From the IMG/VR virus record IMGVR_UViG_3300032155_000029, positions 1 to 24,570 of that record: a stretch of 24,570 nt of DNA; one strand, given 5' to 3'. Origin of the DNA: a virus (lineage: Duplodnaviria; Caudoviricetes). The position numbers were made by a program, and so were the translations under genes. The notes under the pieces were generated by a model, which made no database searches, was not told the origin of the DNA, and saw only the letters and a program-made list of their open reading frames with translations. Shown here piece by piece: positions 1 through 9,299 of the stretch (position 1 is its first letter; each line of letters starts with the position of its first letter).

Positions 1-309
1 GGTGACGGCGCGGGTATCGTCGGTGCCCGCATCCACCTCGGCGTGCGTGGCCAGTTCGAGCACACCCGCCTCCGTCTCCGTAGCGGCTGCGGGGATGGCG
101 GCAGCTATTTTCGCGTCGATGGCGTCATTCAGCTGCCCGTTGTACTCCTTGTTGAGCACAATCCCGGCATCTGCGATAACGCCCACCACCTCTTCCTGCA
201 CCGCATTGGCCCAATCCGCCGTGACCATGGTGGGCGGGATGCCCAGCGTGGGGCTGCCCTCGGTGAAACGGTTGTCTTCGGTGGCGCCGGGGCCGTCGAT
301 ATTATGCAT
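1..309 (-). CDS. Tail fibre protein, N-terminal 103 aa (truncated by window edge)
   Basis: Not in the ORF track; read manually from ATG at 309 with AGGAGG upstream: MHNIDGPGATEDNRFTEGSPTLGIPPTMVTADWANAVQEEVVGVIADAGIVLNK...ATETEAGVLELATHAEVDAGTDDTRAVT, resembling Mu-like fibre N-termini and a fibre repeat; follows the gp48-like gene. Confidence 0.88.
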   Translation of the reverse strand, partial: MHNIDGPGATEDNRFTEGSPTLGIPPTMVTADWANAVQEEVVGVIADAGIVLNKEYNGQLNDAIDAKIAAAIPAAATETEAGVLELATHAEVDAGTDDTRAVT

Positions 310-322
310 GGATCCTCCTGGG

Positions 323-922
323 CTACTCCGCCCCGTAGGTAAACGTGACAATGGTATGCGCGGGCTTCTCCTTGCGGATGCCGCATTCGAGCTGCTCGTT
401 GCCCCAGGTGCGCAGGGTTTCGCCCACGGCGCTGTGCCCTACGCAAAAGTTCCAGATGGGCACCGCAGGGGCCTGCACGGTGAACGTGTGCGGCCAATCG
501 CCGTTGTACAGGCTGTCACCCACGGCAGACATGCCAACGCGAAACGGCCTGTACTCGCGGATGGTGCATGGGGCGTTGGCCAGCAGCGTGGCCAGCTCCG
601 CGAAATAGGCGGGCGTCTGGGCCCCGCGCGCCGTAAGCTTCAGCACCACGGCGTCCCGCCGCTGGGAAATGGTTTCCGCGCCCTGGGTGCACGTGTCCGG
701 CAGGCCGCACATCCGCTCCCACTCCGGTAGCAGGGCCAGCGCCTGCACGGGGTCCAGCTCCGCCAGCAGGCGGTGCGCGCTGGCGTCCAGCCGGGCAGGC
801 TCCTGCGCCATGGCCGAAAGCAGGCTGTCCAGCACGCTGCCAGGCTCTCGCGTCCAGGCCGCTCCCTGGGGCAGCAGCTGCGCGGCCTGCGCCGCGTAGT
901 CGTTTGCGCTGTACGGTTCCAT
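323..922 (-). CDS. Baseplate wedge protein, Mu gp48/YmfQ (DUF2313)-like
   Basis: 199 aa; LLPQGAAW, LLPEWERMCGLPD, LECGIRKEKPAHT motifs; position after baseplate J. Confidence 0.92.
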   Translation of the reverse strand: MEPYSANDYAAQAAQLLPQGAAWTREPGSVLDSLLSAMAQEPARLDASAHRLLAELDPVQALALLPEWERMCGLPDTCTQGAETISQRRDAVVLKLTARGAQTPAYFAELATLLANAPCTIREYRPFRVGMSAVGDSLYNGDWPHTFTVQAPAVPIWNFCVGHSAVGETLRTWGNEQLECGIRKEKPAHTIVTFTYGAE

Positions 923-931
923 GTGCGCCCC

Positions 932-1987
932 CTAGTCGAAGGTGATGGCGCCAAGAATCGGCATTTCGTGCGCGGCGGGCGCCACGTCCGCCACCGGGGA
1001 AAGCACCACGTGGTCCTGCTCCCCGGGTGCCAGTGAGATGGCCTCGGTGATGTGCGACAGCAGCAGCACCGCGCCCGGCTCGCTCTCGCGCGCGAACAGG
1101 TCGCGCAGCTCCGCCGTGGCCGCCGCGCGTACGGCCTCCGTGTTGGGCGTCACGCGTAGATCCACGTTGACCACCAGCGGGGTGGGCGCAAAGGCGAACA
1201 CCTCTGCCGTCACCGGGCGCATGGTATCCAGGTAGGCCTGCACGTCGGCCACCAGCTCCGCCCCCGGTATGGGGCCGTCAACCGCGTCGTCGTTGACCAC
1301 GGCCACGCCCACGGTCCCGCCGCCCATGTGCAGCGGGTACACCCATGCGCGCGTCACGCCGGGCACCTCCAACGCCCAGGTGATGTAGTCCGCCGCCTTG
1401 CCACCCTGCGGCGGCTCCTGGATGCGGCGCAGCACGCGGGCGCGCAGGCTGTCGTCGTCTTCCGCGTCCAGCCCGCCGATGATGCCGCCAGCCTCCACCG
1501 TGCCGGCGGACTGCACGCCGGATACCGGCGAGGTAAGCGTAAGGCTGATGCCGGTCGCCGCGTTGCCGCCCGCCCCTGCCGCCTGCGCGGCCACGGGCAC
1601 GGCAGCCGCGCCGCCCGTAACGGTGGCGTCCGCCGTGCTGGTGTACAGCGCATCGTCCGCCCGGCGCAGTTCCGTGCCTGCGGGCACCACGGACCCGTTG
1701 GTGCCGGGCAGGCTGACGGCGCCAGCTGCCGCCACGGCACCCTTGCGCGTCACCCCCCAGATGCGTGCGTGTCGCTCCAGGTATTCGGCCTCTGCCGTGT
1801 CCACAAAGGGCTGCGCGGCCAGCCAGTCGTGATACCCGTACAGCATGTGGGCCTGACCGGCGGTGACGCGGGCCAGCACACCCACCACCGACCGGCGCAG
1901 GGGCGCATCGCCATCCAGCAGACGGGCGGAAAGGTCCGTCTCCGCGCGGGAGACAAGCTGGCCAAGGGACGGACGGGGATAGGGCAT
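932..1987 (-). CDS. Baseplate J-like protein (Mu gp47-like)
   Basis: 351 aa; DTAEAEYLERHA, GGLDAEDDDSLRARVL, PPQGGKAADYITWALEVPGVTRAWV motifs. Confidence 0.95.
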   Translation of the reverse strand: MPYPRPSLGQLVSRAETDLSARLLDGDAPLRRSVVGVLARVTAGQAHMLYGYHDWLAAQPFVDTAEAEYLERHARIWGVTRKGAVAAAGAVSLPGTNGSVVPAGTELRRADDALYTSTADATVTGGAAAVPVAAQAAGAGGNAATGISLTLTSPVSGVQSAGTVEAGGIIGGLDAEDDDSLRARVLRRIQEPPQGGKAADYITWALEVPGVTRAWVYPLHMGGGTVGVAVVNDDAVDGPIPGAELVADVQAYLDTMRPVTAEVFAFAPTPLVVNVDLRVTPNTEAVRAAATAELRDLFARESEPGAVLLLSHITEAISLAPGEQDHVVLSPVADVAPAAHEMPILGAITFD

Positions 1988-2002
1988 GGGGCCTCCGTGC
2001 TC

Positions 2003-2470
2003 TTAGACCGACAGGCGGTATGCGCCGGTCAGGTAGCTGTAATCAAAAGCGGAAAGTTGCGTTGTGCCGTCCACTTCAAGCGCCACCTGAAGTTGCAGCA
2101 TGCCGCGCTCCGGCACCGTTGCCGTCACGGTCAGGCCATCCACGCGGTGCTCGGTCAGCAGCCATTGCAGCGCCTCTGTGGCATATTCGCGGGCGCGGGC
2201 CACCACTTCCGGCAGCTGCTTTTCGCGCCGCAGCAGCCACAGGCGCGATCCGATCTTGTCCGGCGCGCCGGTCAACCTGGGCAGGGTGGCGTCTGCCCAC
2301 CAGCCCTTGCGGTCCGTCTCCCCGGCGGGCAGTTCGTCCGTGGCTTCCGCCTGCCGGTCGGTAAACAGGCTGACCACCACGGCGGTCAACAGGCCGTCGT
2401 CCGTCAACAGGTCGCCGGATGCCACGGCCAGGTCAGCGCCGGGCGTGCCGAATGCGAGCAGGATGTCCAT
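2003..2470 (-). CDS. Baseplate protein, Mu gp46-like
   Basis: 155 aa; SLFTDR, GWWAD, IGSRLWLLRREK, AREYATEALQWL motifs; TAATG overlap with the upstream gene. Confidence 0.93.
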   Translation of the reverse strand: MDILLAFGTPGADLAVASGDLLTDDGLLTAVVVSLFTDRQAEATDELPAGETDRKGWWADATLPRLTGAPDKIGSRLWLLRREKQLPEVVARAREYATEALQWLLTEHRVDGLTVTATVPERGMLQLQVALEVDGTTQLSAFDYSYLTGAYRLSV

Positions 2471-3111
2471 TAGCCCCCCAGGGGCTGGTCCGTCTGGACG
2501 CCCGTGCCGTTGGACTTGTGGGTGTGGTGGCGCAGGCTGACGGCCCCGGCCTGCACGTCTGCATCGCTGGTGACGTCGCCCGTGGTGTGCAGGCTGCCCT
2601 CGATGCGGGCGGACGAAGCGCCCTCGCCCACCCCGCGAGAGGTGAACGACGGCGTATTGATGGTTGCCGACTCCGTGGCCGTGACCGCGTACCGCTTTGT
2701 CGTCATGGTCACATCCTCTTCCGCGTCCACCTCAAGGTGCAGGGTGGTGACCTTTATGCGCCGGTCGCGCATGAGGTGGATGGTATCGCCCTCGTCGGTG
2801 TAGATGGCCACCTCGCCCGGCTCCAGACTAGTGAGCCGAAAGCGCCGGTCGTCCACGGCAATGACCACGCCGTGGGCGCGGTCAGCCCCCACGAACACGG
2901 CAATGCCCTCCGCCCCCGGCAACGGGTGCGCGGTAAAGCCGTAGTTCTGGAAGCGTTCCACCCCGTCGGCCAGTTCGTCGGCCAGCAGGCCCACTTGCAG
3001 CTCCTGCATCTTGGGGCCATCGTCCACCCGGCGCACCGTGGCGCGGGCCACCATGCCGTGCAGGGCGCGGGTTATCCGCGAGGTCATGCGGGCAAAGGTC
3101 GATTGGTCCAC
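2470..3111 (-). CDS. Baseplate spike, Mu gp45/gpV-like
   Basis: 213 aa, GTG start overlapping upstream TAG; ERFQNYGFTAHP, DDRRFR, GEVAIY motifs and C-terminal SLRHHTH (HxH metal-binding tip). Confidence 0.93.
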   Translation of the reverse strand: MDQSTFARMTSRITRALHGMVARATVRRVDDGPKMQELQVGLLADELADGVERFQNYGFTAHPLPGAEGIAVFVGADRAHGVVIAVDDRRFRLTSLEPGEVAIYTDEGDTIHLMRDRRIKVTTLHLEVDAEEDVTMTTKRYAVTATESATINTPSFTSRGVGEGASSARIEGSLHTTGDVTSDADVQAGAVSLRHHTHKSNGTGVQTDQPLGG

Positions 3112-4232
3112 TACCCGTTCTCCCCGTTAAGGATCCTCTGTTGCTCTTCCTTGGACAGCTGTTTTGCGTCGCCCAGCAAGTCGCCGTCGCCCTTCTTTTC
3201 CTTCTTCAGCTTCTTCTCGAATTCCTGGGCAAAGGCGCTGGGGCTGCGCAGGGTAAGCTGGGTGGTGGTGCCACCGCTGGAAATCTTGTGGACCACGCGC
3301 CCGATCATCAGGTCCTTGTCCACGCGCAGCCAGGGCAGCTGCACCCGGCACATGGCGTTCAGCGGCCAGAGCGTGCCGTCTCCCTGGCGCCAGCCCTGCA
3401 CGGTGACGTCAACAGAGGCACTGCGACCGGCGCGCACGCTGGCTTCCCACTCCGCCCGGCGCTGGGCCGTGGCCGCATCCTTGGGGGCCTCGCCACTGAT
3501 GATGTGCGGGCGGTACCGGCCAAGTACAGGGTCCTTGGCGGTGGCCACCACGGCGGCCACCTTGTCGCCGCTCTCGGTATCGCTGCCCTTGTTCTGGGCG
3601 AGCACGCGGTACTCCGAAAATCTGTCCTTGGCGTCGTAGGTGGCCGATGCCTCCAGGATGTTCTGCCCCTGCACCAGCGCGCCGAACGCCCTGCTGCATC
3701 CGATGGACACCAGCACGATGCCACCGGCCGCATCCGGCATGGCCATCAGCTCGCGCTGGCGCAGGGCACGTTCCAGGCATTCCCACGCGGTTTCGCCCGG
3801 CTCCACCTTGTGCGTGGGGATGGGCGCGCCCTCGTTGCCTTCGCACCGCACCTTCACCCCAAAGGGCGCGGCAAGGATGCTGGCAAGGCGGCTGACGGTG
3901 ATGGACTTCCATTCGCCCGGCTTGTGGATGGCGGCGCAGTCCACCAGGTCCGCGCTGGCATCGCGCCCGGCCACGGTGATGGCGTGCGCGCCAGCCCCGA
4001 AGGACGGGTTGGCCGAATCAATCCACCCCTTGATCAGGGTGTCCGATCCTGCCTTGATGACGCAGGCCATGCCCGGCGCGATGGGCAATGCCGTGGCCCC
4101 ATGCGCCCAGCGGTCGGAAAGCCGCAGGGAAAAGGCTCCGGACACGGCGTCTACGGCGCGTGTTACGGACACGTCTTCCCAGCCTTCCCAGCGCACGCCG
4201 TCAATTTCCAGCGTCACGATTTCGCTAGGCAT
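3111..4232 (-). CDS. Baseplate hub protein, Mu gp44 (gpP)-like
   Basis: Start reassigned to ATG 4232 (ATGCCTAG overlap with upstream stop), 373 aa; GWEDVSVTR, GRDASADLVDC, GQNILEA, RFSEY, VQGWRQ motifs. Confidence 0.93.
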   Translation of the reverse strand: MPSEIVTLEIDGVRWEGWEDVSVTRAVDAVSGAFSLRLSDRWAHGATALPIAPGMACVIKAGSDTLIKGWIDSANPSFGAGAHAITVAGRDASADLVDCAAIHKPGEWKSITVSRLASILAAPFGVKVRCEGNEGAPIPTHKVEPGETAWECLERALRQRELMAMPDAAGGIVLVSIGCSRAFGALVQGQNILEASATYDAKDRFSEYRVLAQNKGSDTESGDKVAAVVATAKDPVLGRYRPHIISGEAPKDAATAQRRAEWEASVRAGRSASVDVTVQGWRQGDGTLWPLNAMCRVQLPWLRVDKDLMIGRVVHKISSGGTTTQLTLRSPSAFAQEFEKKLKKEKKGDGDLLGDAKQLSKEEQQRILNGENG

Positions 4233-5442
4233 TGCGCAGCACCTCCAGTTGGCCGGGCGGCACAAAGCCGGGGTGGCGCACGCGGTTGCGCGCAAGGATC
4301 TCCGTTTCCACGTCGGGCGCGTCCCGGTCGGCCACGGTGCGATGGGCAACCACCAGCGACGGGGCGACAGTGGATTGCCGGACGGTCACGACATCCGGCG
4401 CGCTGCCCGCGCTGTCCGTCAGGGCCTTTACCGTGGCGGCCTGAAGGTCGGTAAAGCTGGCATACACTCCATCGTCCGTGGCGCCATCGAGCACGGCATC
4501 CACCGCGTCGGTCACGCCCTCGCGCAGGGTGGCGGCATCCGCCCGCGATGCGGGGGCGGACAGCGCGGCGGAGCGCGCGGCCTCTGCCGTGGCGGCCCGG
4601 CGCTGGTAGTCCGCAATGGCCTGGGCGTTTTCCGCCGCCGTGGTGCGCATGGTGCCCGCGCCTTCCGGCACGGTGACGGTGGGGGTGGACGCGGCAAGGA
4701 ACAGCATGTCGTTGGCGCGGCGGGTGTGGCCAGCCCCGGTAAGATCGTCGCGCACGGCATAGGCGATGAGCGGGCGCAGCAGAGAGGATGGCAGCCACTC
4801 CGCGATCTCTTCCGGCAGCATGCTGGTCACCATGTCCACATGGTCGGCCCATCCTTCCGGGGTTGCGCCAGCGGTGGCCCCCTGTTGGGCAGACACGGCA
4901 ACCTCGCGGGCCACCTTCATGGTAGCGGCAAGCACGGGGTGGGGCTGGCCCTTGAGGCGGACCCGTCTGTTCACGTCCGCGTCCGCCTCGTCCAGGGCGT
5001 TGTCCGCCCGCAACCCTGCCTGCGCGCCGGGCTTGGCGGATCCGGAGGGGCTGGCCGCCTCGCCTGCCTCGCTAAAGGTAAGACTGAAGGTAGCCATGCC
5101 GCCGCCGGACTTGCTTTCGCGCACGCGGCAGCCGGTGCACACCACCAGCACCTCGCCAGCCCACGGCGTGACCAGGCGTCCGGGGCCTTCCTCTTCGCAG
5201 GCCTTCAGCAGGGCATCGCGCGCGGGCATGTAGTCCGGCCCCAGCACGTAGGCTTCCACGCCGTAGCTGCGGGCCTTGCGGCCAAGGTCTTCGGTATAGG
5301 GCACATCGCGCCCAGGAAATTCATGGGTGACTGCGCGGCGCCCGGTTTCCCGGTCGCTGGTGTCCACCTTGAAGCCAACGCCCCGGAACGACGCGGCGCG
5401 CAGGCTGCGCCGCCAGGCGGCATCGGTGCTCTTGCTGGCCAT
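4225..5442 (-). CDS. DNA circularization / tail-tube initiator protein, Mu gp43 (gpN)-like
   Basis: Start reassigned to ATG 5442 (AGGAG upstream), 405 aa; ASFRGVGF, GRRAVTHEFPGRD, EDLGR, C-terminal RNRVRHPGFVP. Confidence 0.92.
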   Translation of the reverse strand: MASKSTDAAWRRSLRAASFRGVGFKVDTSDRETGRRAVTHEFPGRDVPYTEDLGRKARSYGVEAYVLGPDYMPARDALLKACEEEGPGRLVTPWAGEVLVVCTGCRVRESKSGGGMATFSLTFSEAGEAASPSGSAKPGAQAGLRADNALDEADADVNRRVRLKGQPHPVLAATMKVAREVAVSAQQGATAGATPEGWADHVDMVTSMLPEEIAEWLPSSLLRPLIAYAVRDDLTGAGHTRRANDMLFLAASTPTVTVPEGAGTMRTTAAENAQAIADYQRRAATAEAARSAALSAPASRADAATLREGVTDAVDAVLDGATDDGVYASFTDLQAATVKALTDSAGSAPDVVTVRQSTVAPSLVVAHRTVADRDAPDVETEILARNRVRHPGFVPPGQLEVLRNA

Positions 5443-5452
5443 GCGCGTGCTC

Positions 5453-7045
5453 CTAGTGGGCGGGGGCGGCAAGGCCCATGTAGGTTATGTCCGTTTCCAC
5501 CGGCTCACCGGTCTGGCGCACCTCTGTCCCGCGCGGTACGTTCTCCATCTTGATGGTGACGGTGGACTGCTTTTCCTGCCGCTCCAACGACTGGAAGCGT
5601 TGTTCCTGCACCCGGCGCATGGTTTCGCCAGCGCCAAGGCTGGGGCGGGCGGCAAGGGCTGGTGCGCCCTCGCCCTCCTGCGACGGCGACGACGCGCCCG
5701 CAGGGGCGAACACGCCCTTTTGCGCGGCGAAGAAATCGCCCACGGCGGATGCACCGTTCACCATCCACTCTGGCAAGGTGTCCTTGGCCCATTTGATGAT
5801 GGCTTCCCACTTCATCCACAGCGCGGTGATGGCGGCCACCAGCCCGCCAATGACCAGCACCACCCACCCAAAGGGGGTGGCCACCAGCGCCAGCGACAGC
5901 TGCAGAAAGGCCGCTGCCAGCCCAAGGATGGGGCCGACAAGCCCGGACATCAACGCGCCCGCCGCAATGGCCAGGTTGTCCCAGCCGCCCAGCAGGTCAG
6001 CCACCCACGCCAGCTTGTCGCCCAGGGTTTGCAGGCCGTCCCAGATAGCGGGCAGCTTTTCCCAGCCCGCATCGAAAAAGCGCACCATTCCCTGGCCTAT
6101 GCTCTTTGCCCAGCGATCCAGACTGCCGTTTTCGGAAAGCTTGTCAGACTCTTCAAGCAGCCCGCCCAGCTTGACCTTCATCCAGTCGAGTACGCCGCCT
6201 CCGCTCATGACCTTGTTTGAAAAACGGCTCCACAGGTCCAAGGAGTTGGACCACATGCCGTTCCATGTTTTGGACTGGGCTTCCATGCCGCCGCCGTACT
6301 TCTCTGCCCAAATCTTCATCAGGGTGGCCTGGATCTGGGCGCGGTCGCTGGCCTTGGCCATCATCTTGGACTGCTTGCCTGCGGCGTCGGTGTATTCGTA
6401 AATGATCTTACCGCCTTCCTTGGCGGCCTTGATGCCGAATTCCTTCAGCCGTTCGTTTTCTCCGGTCACCGCGTCGGCAATGGCCTCCACGGCGGACTCC
6501 AGAGGCTTGCCCATGGATGATGCCGTATCGCCCAGCACCTTCAGCAGGCCGGGCATGGGGTCCATGCCGTAGGCCCGCAGCTTGACGAACGCGTCGGTCA
6601 CCCCGGCCAGTTCGTAGGGGGTCTTGGCGGCGAATTCGCTTATCCAGGCCAGCTGTTCCTTGGCCGCGCCCTTGTCCCCTCGGTTCAGGGTCGTCAAAAT
6701 CGTCTCGAACGTTTCAGCCTGCGATGCCACATCCAAGAACTGGCTCTTGAACGCGTAGGCCGCCACACCCGCCGCAACGGTGGCCTTGGCGGCAAAGTCC
6801 TGGGCTGCCGCCGTGGCCTCGCCGAAGTGGCCGCGCGCGCCGCTGCCGATGGAGGCAAACCGCGACAGGCCGGACAACCCGGCGAACCGCCCGCCCTCCT
6901 TGTTCAGGGCGCCCCACGAATCGTGCATGCGGCGCAGGTTGGCGGTGGACGCCTCCAACCTGTCATTGAACGCCCGGAACGGGGCACTGAATTTGTCCAG
7001 TGCCCCAAGGACGAAAGTGATTCCGGTTTCGCGCGGCCCAGCCAT
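5453..7045 (-). CDS. Tape measure protein
   Basis: 530 aa, Ala/Gly-rich helical; FAAKTPYEL, GENERLKEFGI tape-measure motifs; hydrophobic segments; follows tail chaperone. Confidence 0.92.
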   Translation of the reverse strand: MAGPRETGITFVLGALDKFSAPFRAFNDRLEASTANLRRMHDSWGALNKEGGRFAGLSGLSRFASIGSGARGHFGEATAAAQDFAAKATVAAGVAAYAFKSQFLDVASQAETFETILTTLNRGDKGAAKEQLAWISEFAAKTPYELAGVTDAFVKLRAYGMDPMPGLLKVLGDTASSMGKPLESAVEAIADAVTGENERLKEFGIKAAKEGGKIIYEYTDAAGKQSKMMAKASDRAQIQATLMKIWAEKYGGGMEAQSKTWNGMWSNSLDLWSRFSNKVMSGGGVLDWMKVKLGGLLEESDKLSENGSLDRWAKSIGQGMVRFFDAGWEKLPAIWDGLQTLGDKLAWVADLLGGWDNLAIAAGALMSGLVGPILGLAAAFLQLSLALVATPFGWVVLVIGGLVAAITALWMKWEAIIKWAKDTLPEWMVNGASAVGDFFAAQKGVFAPAGASSPSQEGEGAPALAARPSLGAGETMRRVQEQRFQSLERQEKQSTVTIKMENVPRGTEVRQTGEPVETDITYMGLAAPAH

Positions 7046-7046
7046 G

Positions 7047-7196
7047 TCAACTCCGTTCGGCGTTCAGCTCGTTTACCCGGTCCAGCCAGAAACGCAGGTC
7101 TTCCGCGTCCATATCCATCAAGTCAACAGGCCCGAAGTGGAAGGCGTCGGCGATTACTCCGACGGCTGTTTCCCAATCGACGGGCCAACCGACAAA
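7047..7196 (-). CDS. -1 frameshift extension of tail chaperone (gpE+E'/gpGT-like); fusion about 130 aa
   Basis: T-TTT-TTG slippery heptamer at 7199-7193 (minus strand); -1 frame reads FVGWPVDWETAVGVIADAFHFGPVDLMDMDAEDLRFWLDRV, matching the GpE' pattern (IA..FH..P..L..M...L..W); ends 2 nt before tape-measure ATG. Confidence 0.85.
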   Translation of the reverse strand, partial: FVGWPVDWETAVGVIADAFHFGPVDLMDMDAEDLRFWLDRVNELNAERS

Positions 7197-7438
7197 AAAC
7201 CATTCGTGATGGCCATGGCCTCGAACAGGTCCTCGCTCTCCAGTTCGCCCATTATCGACGGCGGCTGGTTGCACAGGCGGCCACCCACCATGAGGATGTG
7301 CTCCATGCACATGGCGTTTCCGCCGATGGGCACGCCCTTCATATGCTTGCCCTTCAGCGGCCCCTGGAACACCAGTTCCGTGATGGCCGTCTCGCCGCTG
7401 CCCACGGGGTGCTTCAGTTTGAGGATCTTGGGTTCCAT
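7154..7438 (-). CDS. Tail assembly chaperone (Mu gp41 / P2 gpE-like)
   Basis: 94 aa between tube and tape measure; LKLKHPV...ITEL pattern; contains slippery site near the 3' end. Confidence 0.85.
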   Translation of the reverse strand: MEPKILKLKHPVGSGETAITELVFQGPLKGKHMKGVPIGGNAMCMEHILMVGGRLCNQPPSIMGELESEDLFEAMAITNGFLSVGPSIGKQPSE

Positions 7439-7442
7439 GCGC

Positions 7443-7808
7443 CTACACCTCCTCTGCGGTCTTGCCTTCGAACCGCGCTGCTACTTCGCCTTCCTTGGTC
7501 TTCACGCTGCCTTCGCCCGCGTACCAGGCGTCCCGCAGGGTGATGGTCTTGCCGTTGTTCAGCTCCAGCGTGACGGTCACCCCGTCCAGCGTCTGGAAGG
7601 TCTTCAGCGAAAGGTCGGACCGGTCGGTGATGGCCCCTTCGATGAACGCCACCTGAACCTCTTCCGAGTAGCCGTGCACGCTGTCTGCCCCCACGATGGC
7701 CGTGCGCTTGGGCAGCCCGAGATTGTAGGTGAATTCGCCCTTGGCTTCCTGAAGCGCACCGTCGATCTTGAAGTAGATGATGCCCGCGCGGCGGTTCGGC
7801 GTTGTCAT
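7443..7808 (-). CDS. Tail tube protein, Mu gpM-like
   Basis: 121 aa; RAGIIYFKIDG, GADSVHGYSE, TLELNNGK, FEG motifs; AGGAGG RBS; follows sheath. Confidence 0.93.
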   Translation of the reverse strand: MTTPNRRAGIIYFKIDGALQEAKGEFTYNLGLPKRTAIVGADSVHGYSEEVQVAFIEGAITDRSDLSLKTFQTLDGVTVTLELNNGKTITLRDAWYAGEGSVKTKEGEVAARFEGKTAEEV

Positions 7809-7832
7809 ATGTGGTCCCTCCTATCTGGCGGG

Positions 7833-9296
7833 CTAGAGGATGAACTGGAACTTCGCGGCGCCCACCACGAACTGGTTGACCAGGTCGGGCGGCAGCAGCC
7901 AGTCCAGGCGGTTGCGGTCGCTGGCGTTGCGCTCGCACACCACGTTGGCCGCGAACAGGTCCACGTTTTCGACAAGGCCCAGCTCTTCCCACACGCGGGC
8001 GCGGGCCACGGCCTCCGCCTTGCCGATTTTCGGCGTGATGATGGGCTGCCCCACACCGAAGTTGTTTTTGTCATCTGCCAGCTTGTGGCGCGGGTACTTG
8101 CGCATCATGTAATTGCGGAAATCATAGCGCAGGTAGCCAAGCGTCAGAGGGGTCATAACGTCGAGGTAGCTGGGATCTTCCGCGCCGCTGGGGCTGGTCT
8201 TGTAGGTGGTGATCATGCGCTGCATGCGTACCGTGCCCCCGGAATCCACGTAGACGGTGGATATGCCGTCGTAGAGCAACAGGTTGTTTTCCTGCAGCGT
8301 GAAGCGGTCGGCACGGGTCGGCGCCAGAATTCCGTTCATGGGCAGGGTCTGGAACGGACGTGCAGGGTCGATGTTGCCGTAGTAGGCGGCAACGGCGGCA
8401 GCAGCGGCAGCCACTTCCCAGAGGGGATTGGGAATGCCGTGCACATGCGAAATGCACAGATGCGGGCTGTTGCGGCTGTCGCCCAGGGTGCCCAGCGCAC
8501 CGTGGCTGCCGGTTGCCGCTGCAACTGCCACGCCCTCGATCATGCGCAGCGGCCCCCAACGGTCGGCAAGTTCGGCCTCGATGGCCGCAAGGTTGGCCCC
8601 GTCGGTCCACGGCCACACGATGACGTTGTAGTGATCGTCACCCATGGCGGCGATGATGGGTGCCGCGTCCGGGTTTGCCGTGCCCCCGGCCATGGTCGCG
8701 ATGGTAACGCCCAGCCCGGCGGGGGTGGATTCGCCGTAGTAGTTGATCCGCACGTCCAGCCCGTTGGATGCCAGGCCCTTGTGCCGGGCGGTCAGGGTGA
8801 CCACGGCCCCGGCTGCGGCAGCCGTGCACGGGCAATCGTCCTTGGCGTTGACGGCGGCGGCAAGGGCGGTGGCCACGGCGCTGGCCTGCTGGCCCGCCGT
8901 CACGCCGCAGGAAACGGCGCGCCCGCCCACGTACAGCACCAGGGTACCGCCCTCGGTGGCGGCCCCGGTAAGGGTAACCGTGCCGGTGGCCGCCTGCCCG
9001 GCGGCGTTGTCCTCCACGGGCACGGCCCACAGTTCGGTCATGGCATCGCCCAGCAGATAGGTCGCGCAAATCTGCGCCAGCATGCTGGCCGCGCCGAACA
9101 GGGTGCGGGCCTGTGCCGCGCTGGTGATGCGCACGGGAGTGAGCGGCGTGGCGGTGCCGGTGTCCAACATCTGCCCGCAGGCCAAGGTTGTGTACGGCAT
9201 GAGCGCGGCGCCGCTGACCGCGTTGGAGTTGTCGAATTCCGCGTACAGGAACGGCACGCGCAGGTTGCGCGGCGTCTGGTTGAAACTGATGGTCAT
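7833..9296 (-). CDS. Contractile tail sheath protein, Mu gpL-like
   Basis: 487 aa; LRVPFLYAEFDNS, DPARPFQTL, NNLLLYDGIST, RMITTY, YPRHKLADD, PPDLVNQ motifs. Confidence 0.96.
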   Translation of the reverse strand: MTISFNQTPRNLRVPFLYAEFDNSNAVSGAALMPYTTLACGQMLDTGTATPLTPVRITSAAQARTLFGAASMLAQICATYLLGDAMTELWAVPVEDNAAGQAATGTVTLTGAATEGGTLVLYVGGRAVSCGVTAGQQASAVATALAAAVNAKDDCPCTAAAAGAVVTLTARHKGLASNGLDVRINYYGESTPAGLGVTIATMAGGTANPDAAPIIAAMGDDHYNVIVWPWTDGANLAAIEAELADRWGPLRMIEGVAVAAATGSHGALGTLGDSRNSPHLCISHVHGIPNPLWEVAAAAAAVAAYYGNIDPARPFQTLPMNGILAPTRADRFTLQENNLLLYDGISTVYVDSGGTVRMQRMITTYKTSPSGAEDPSYLDVMTPLTLGYLRYDFRNYMMRKYPRHKLADDKNNFGVGQPIITPKIGKAEAVARARVWEELGLVENVDLFAANVVCERNASDRNRLDWLLPPDLVNQFVVGAAKFQFIL

Positions 9297-9299
9297 GGC

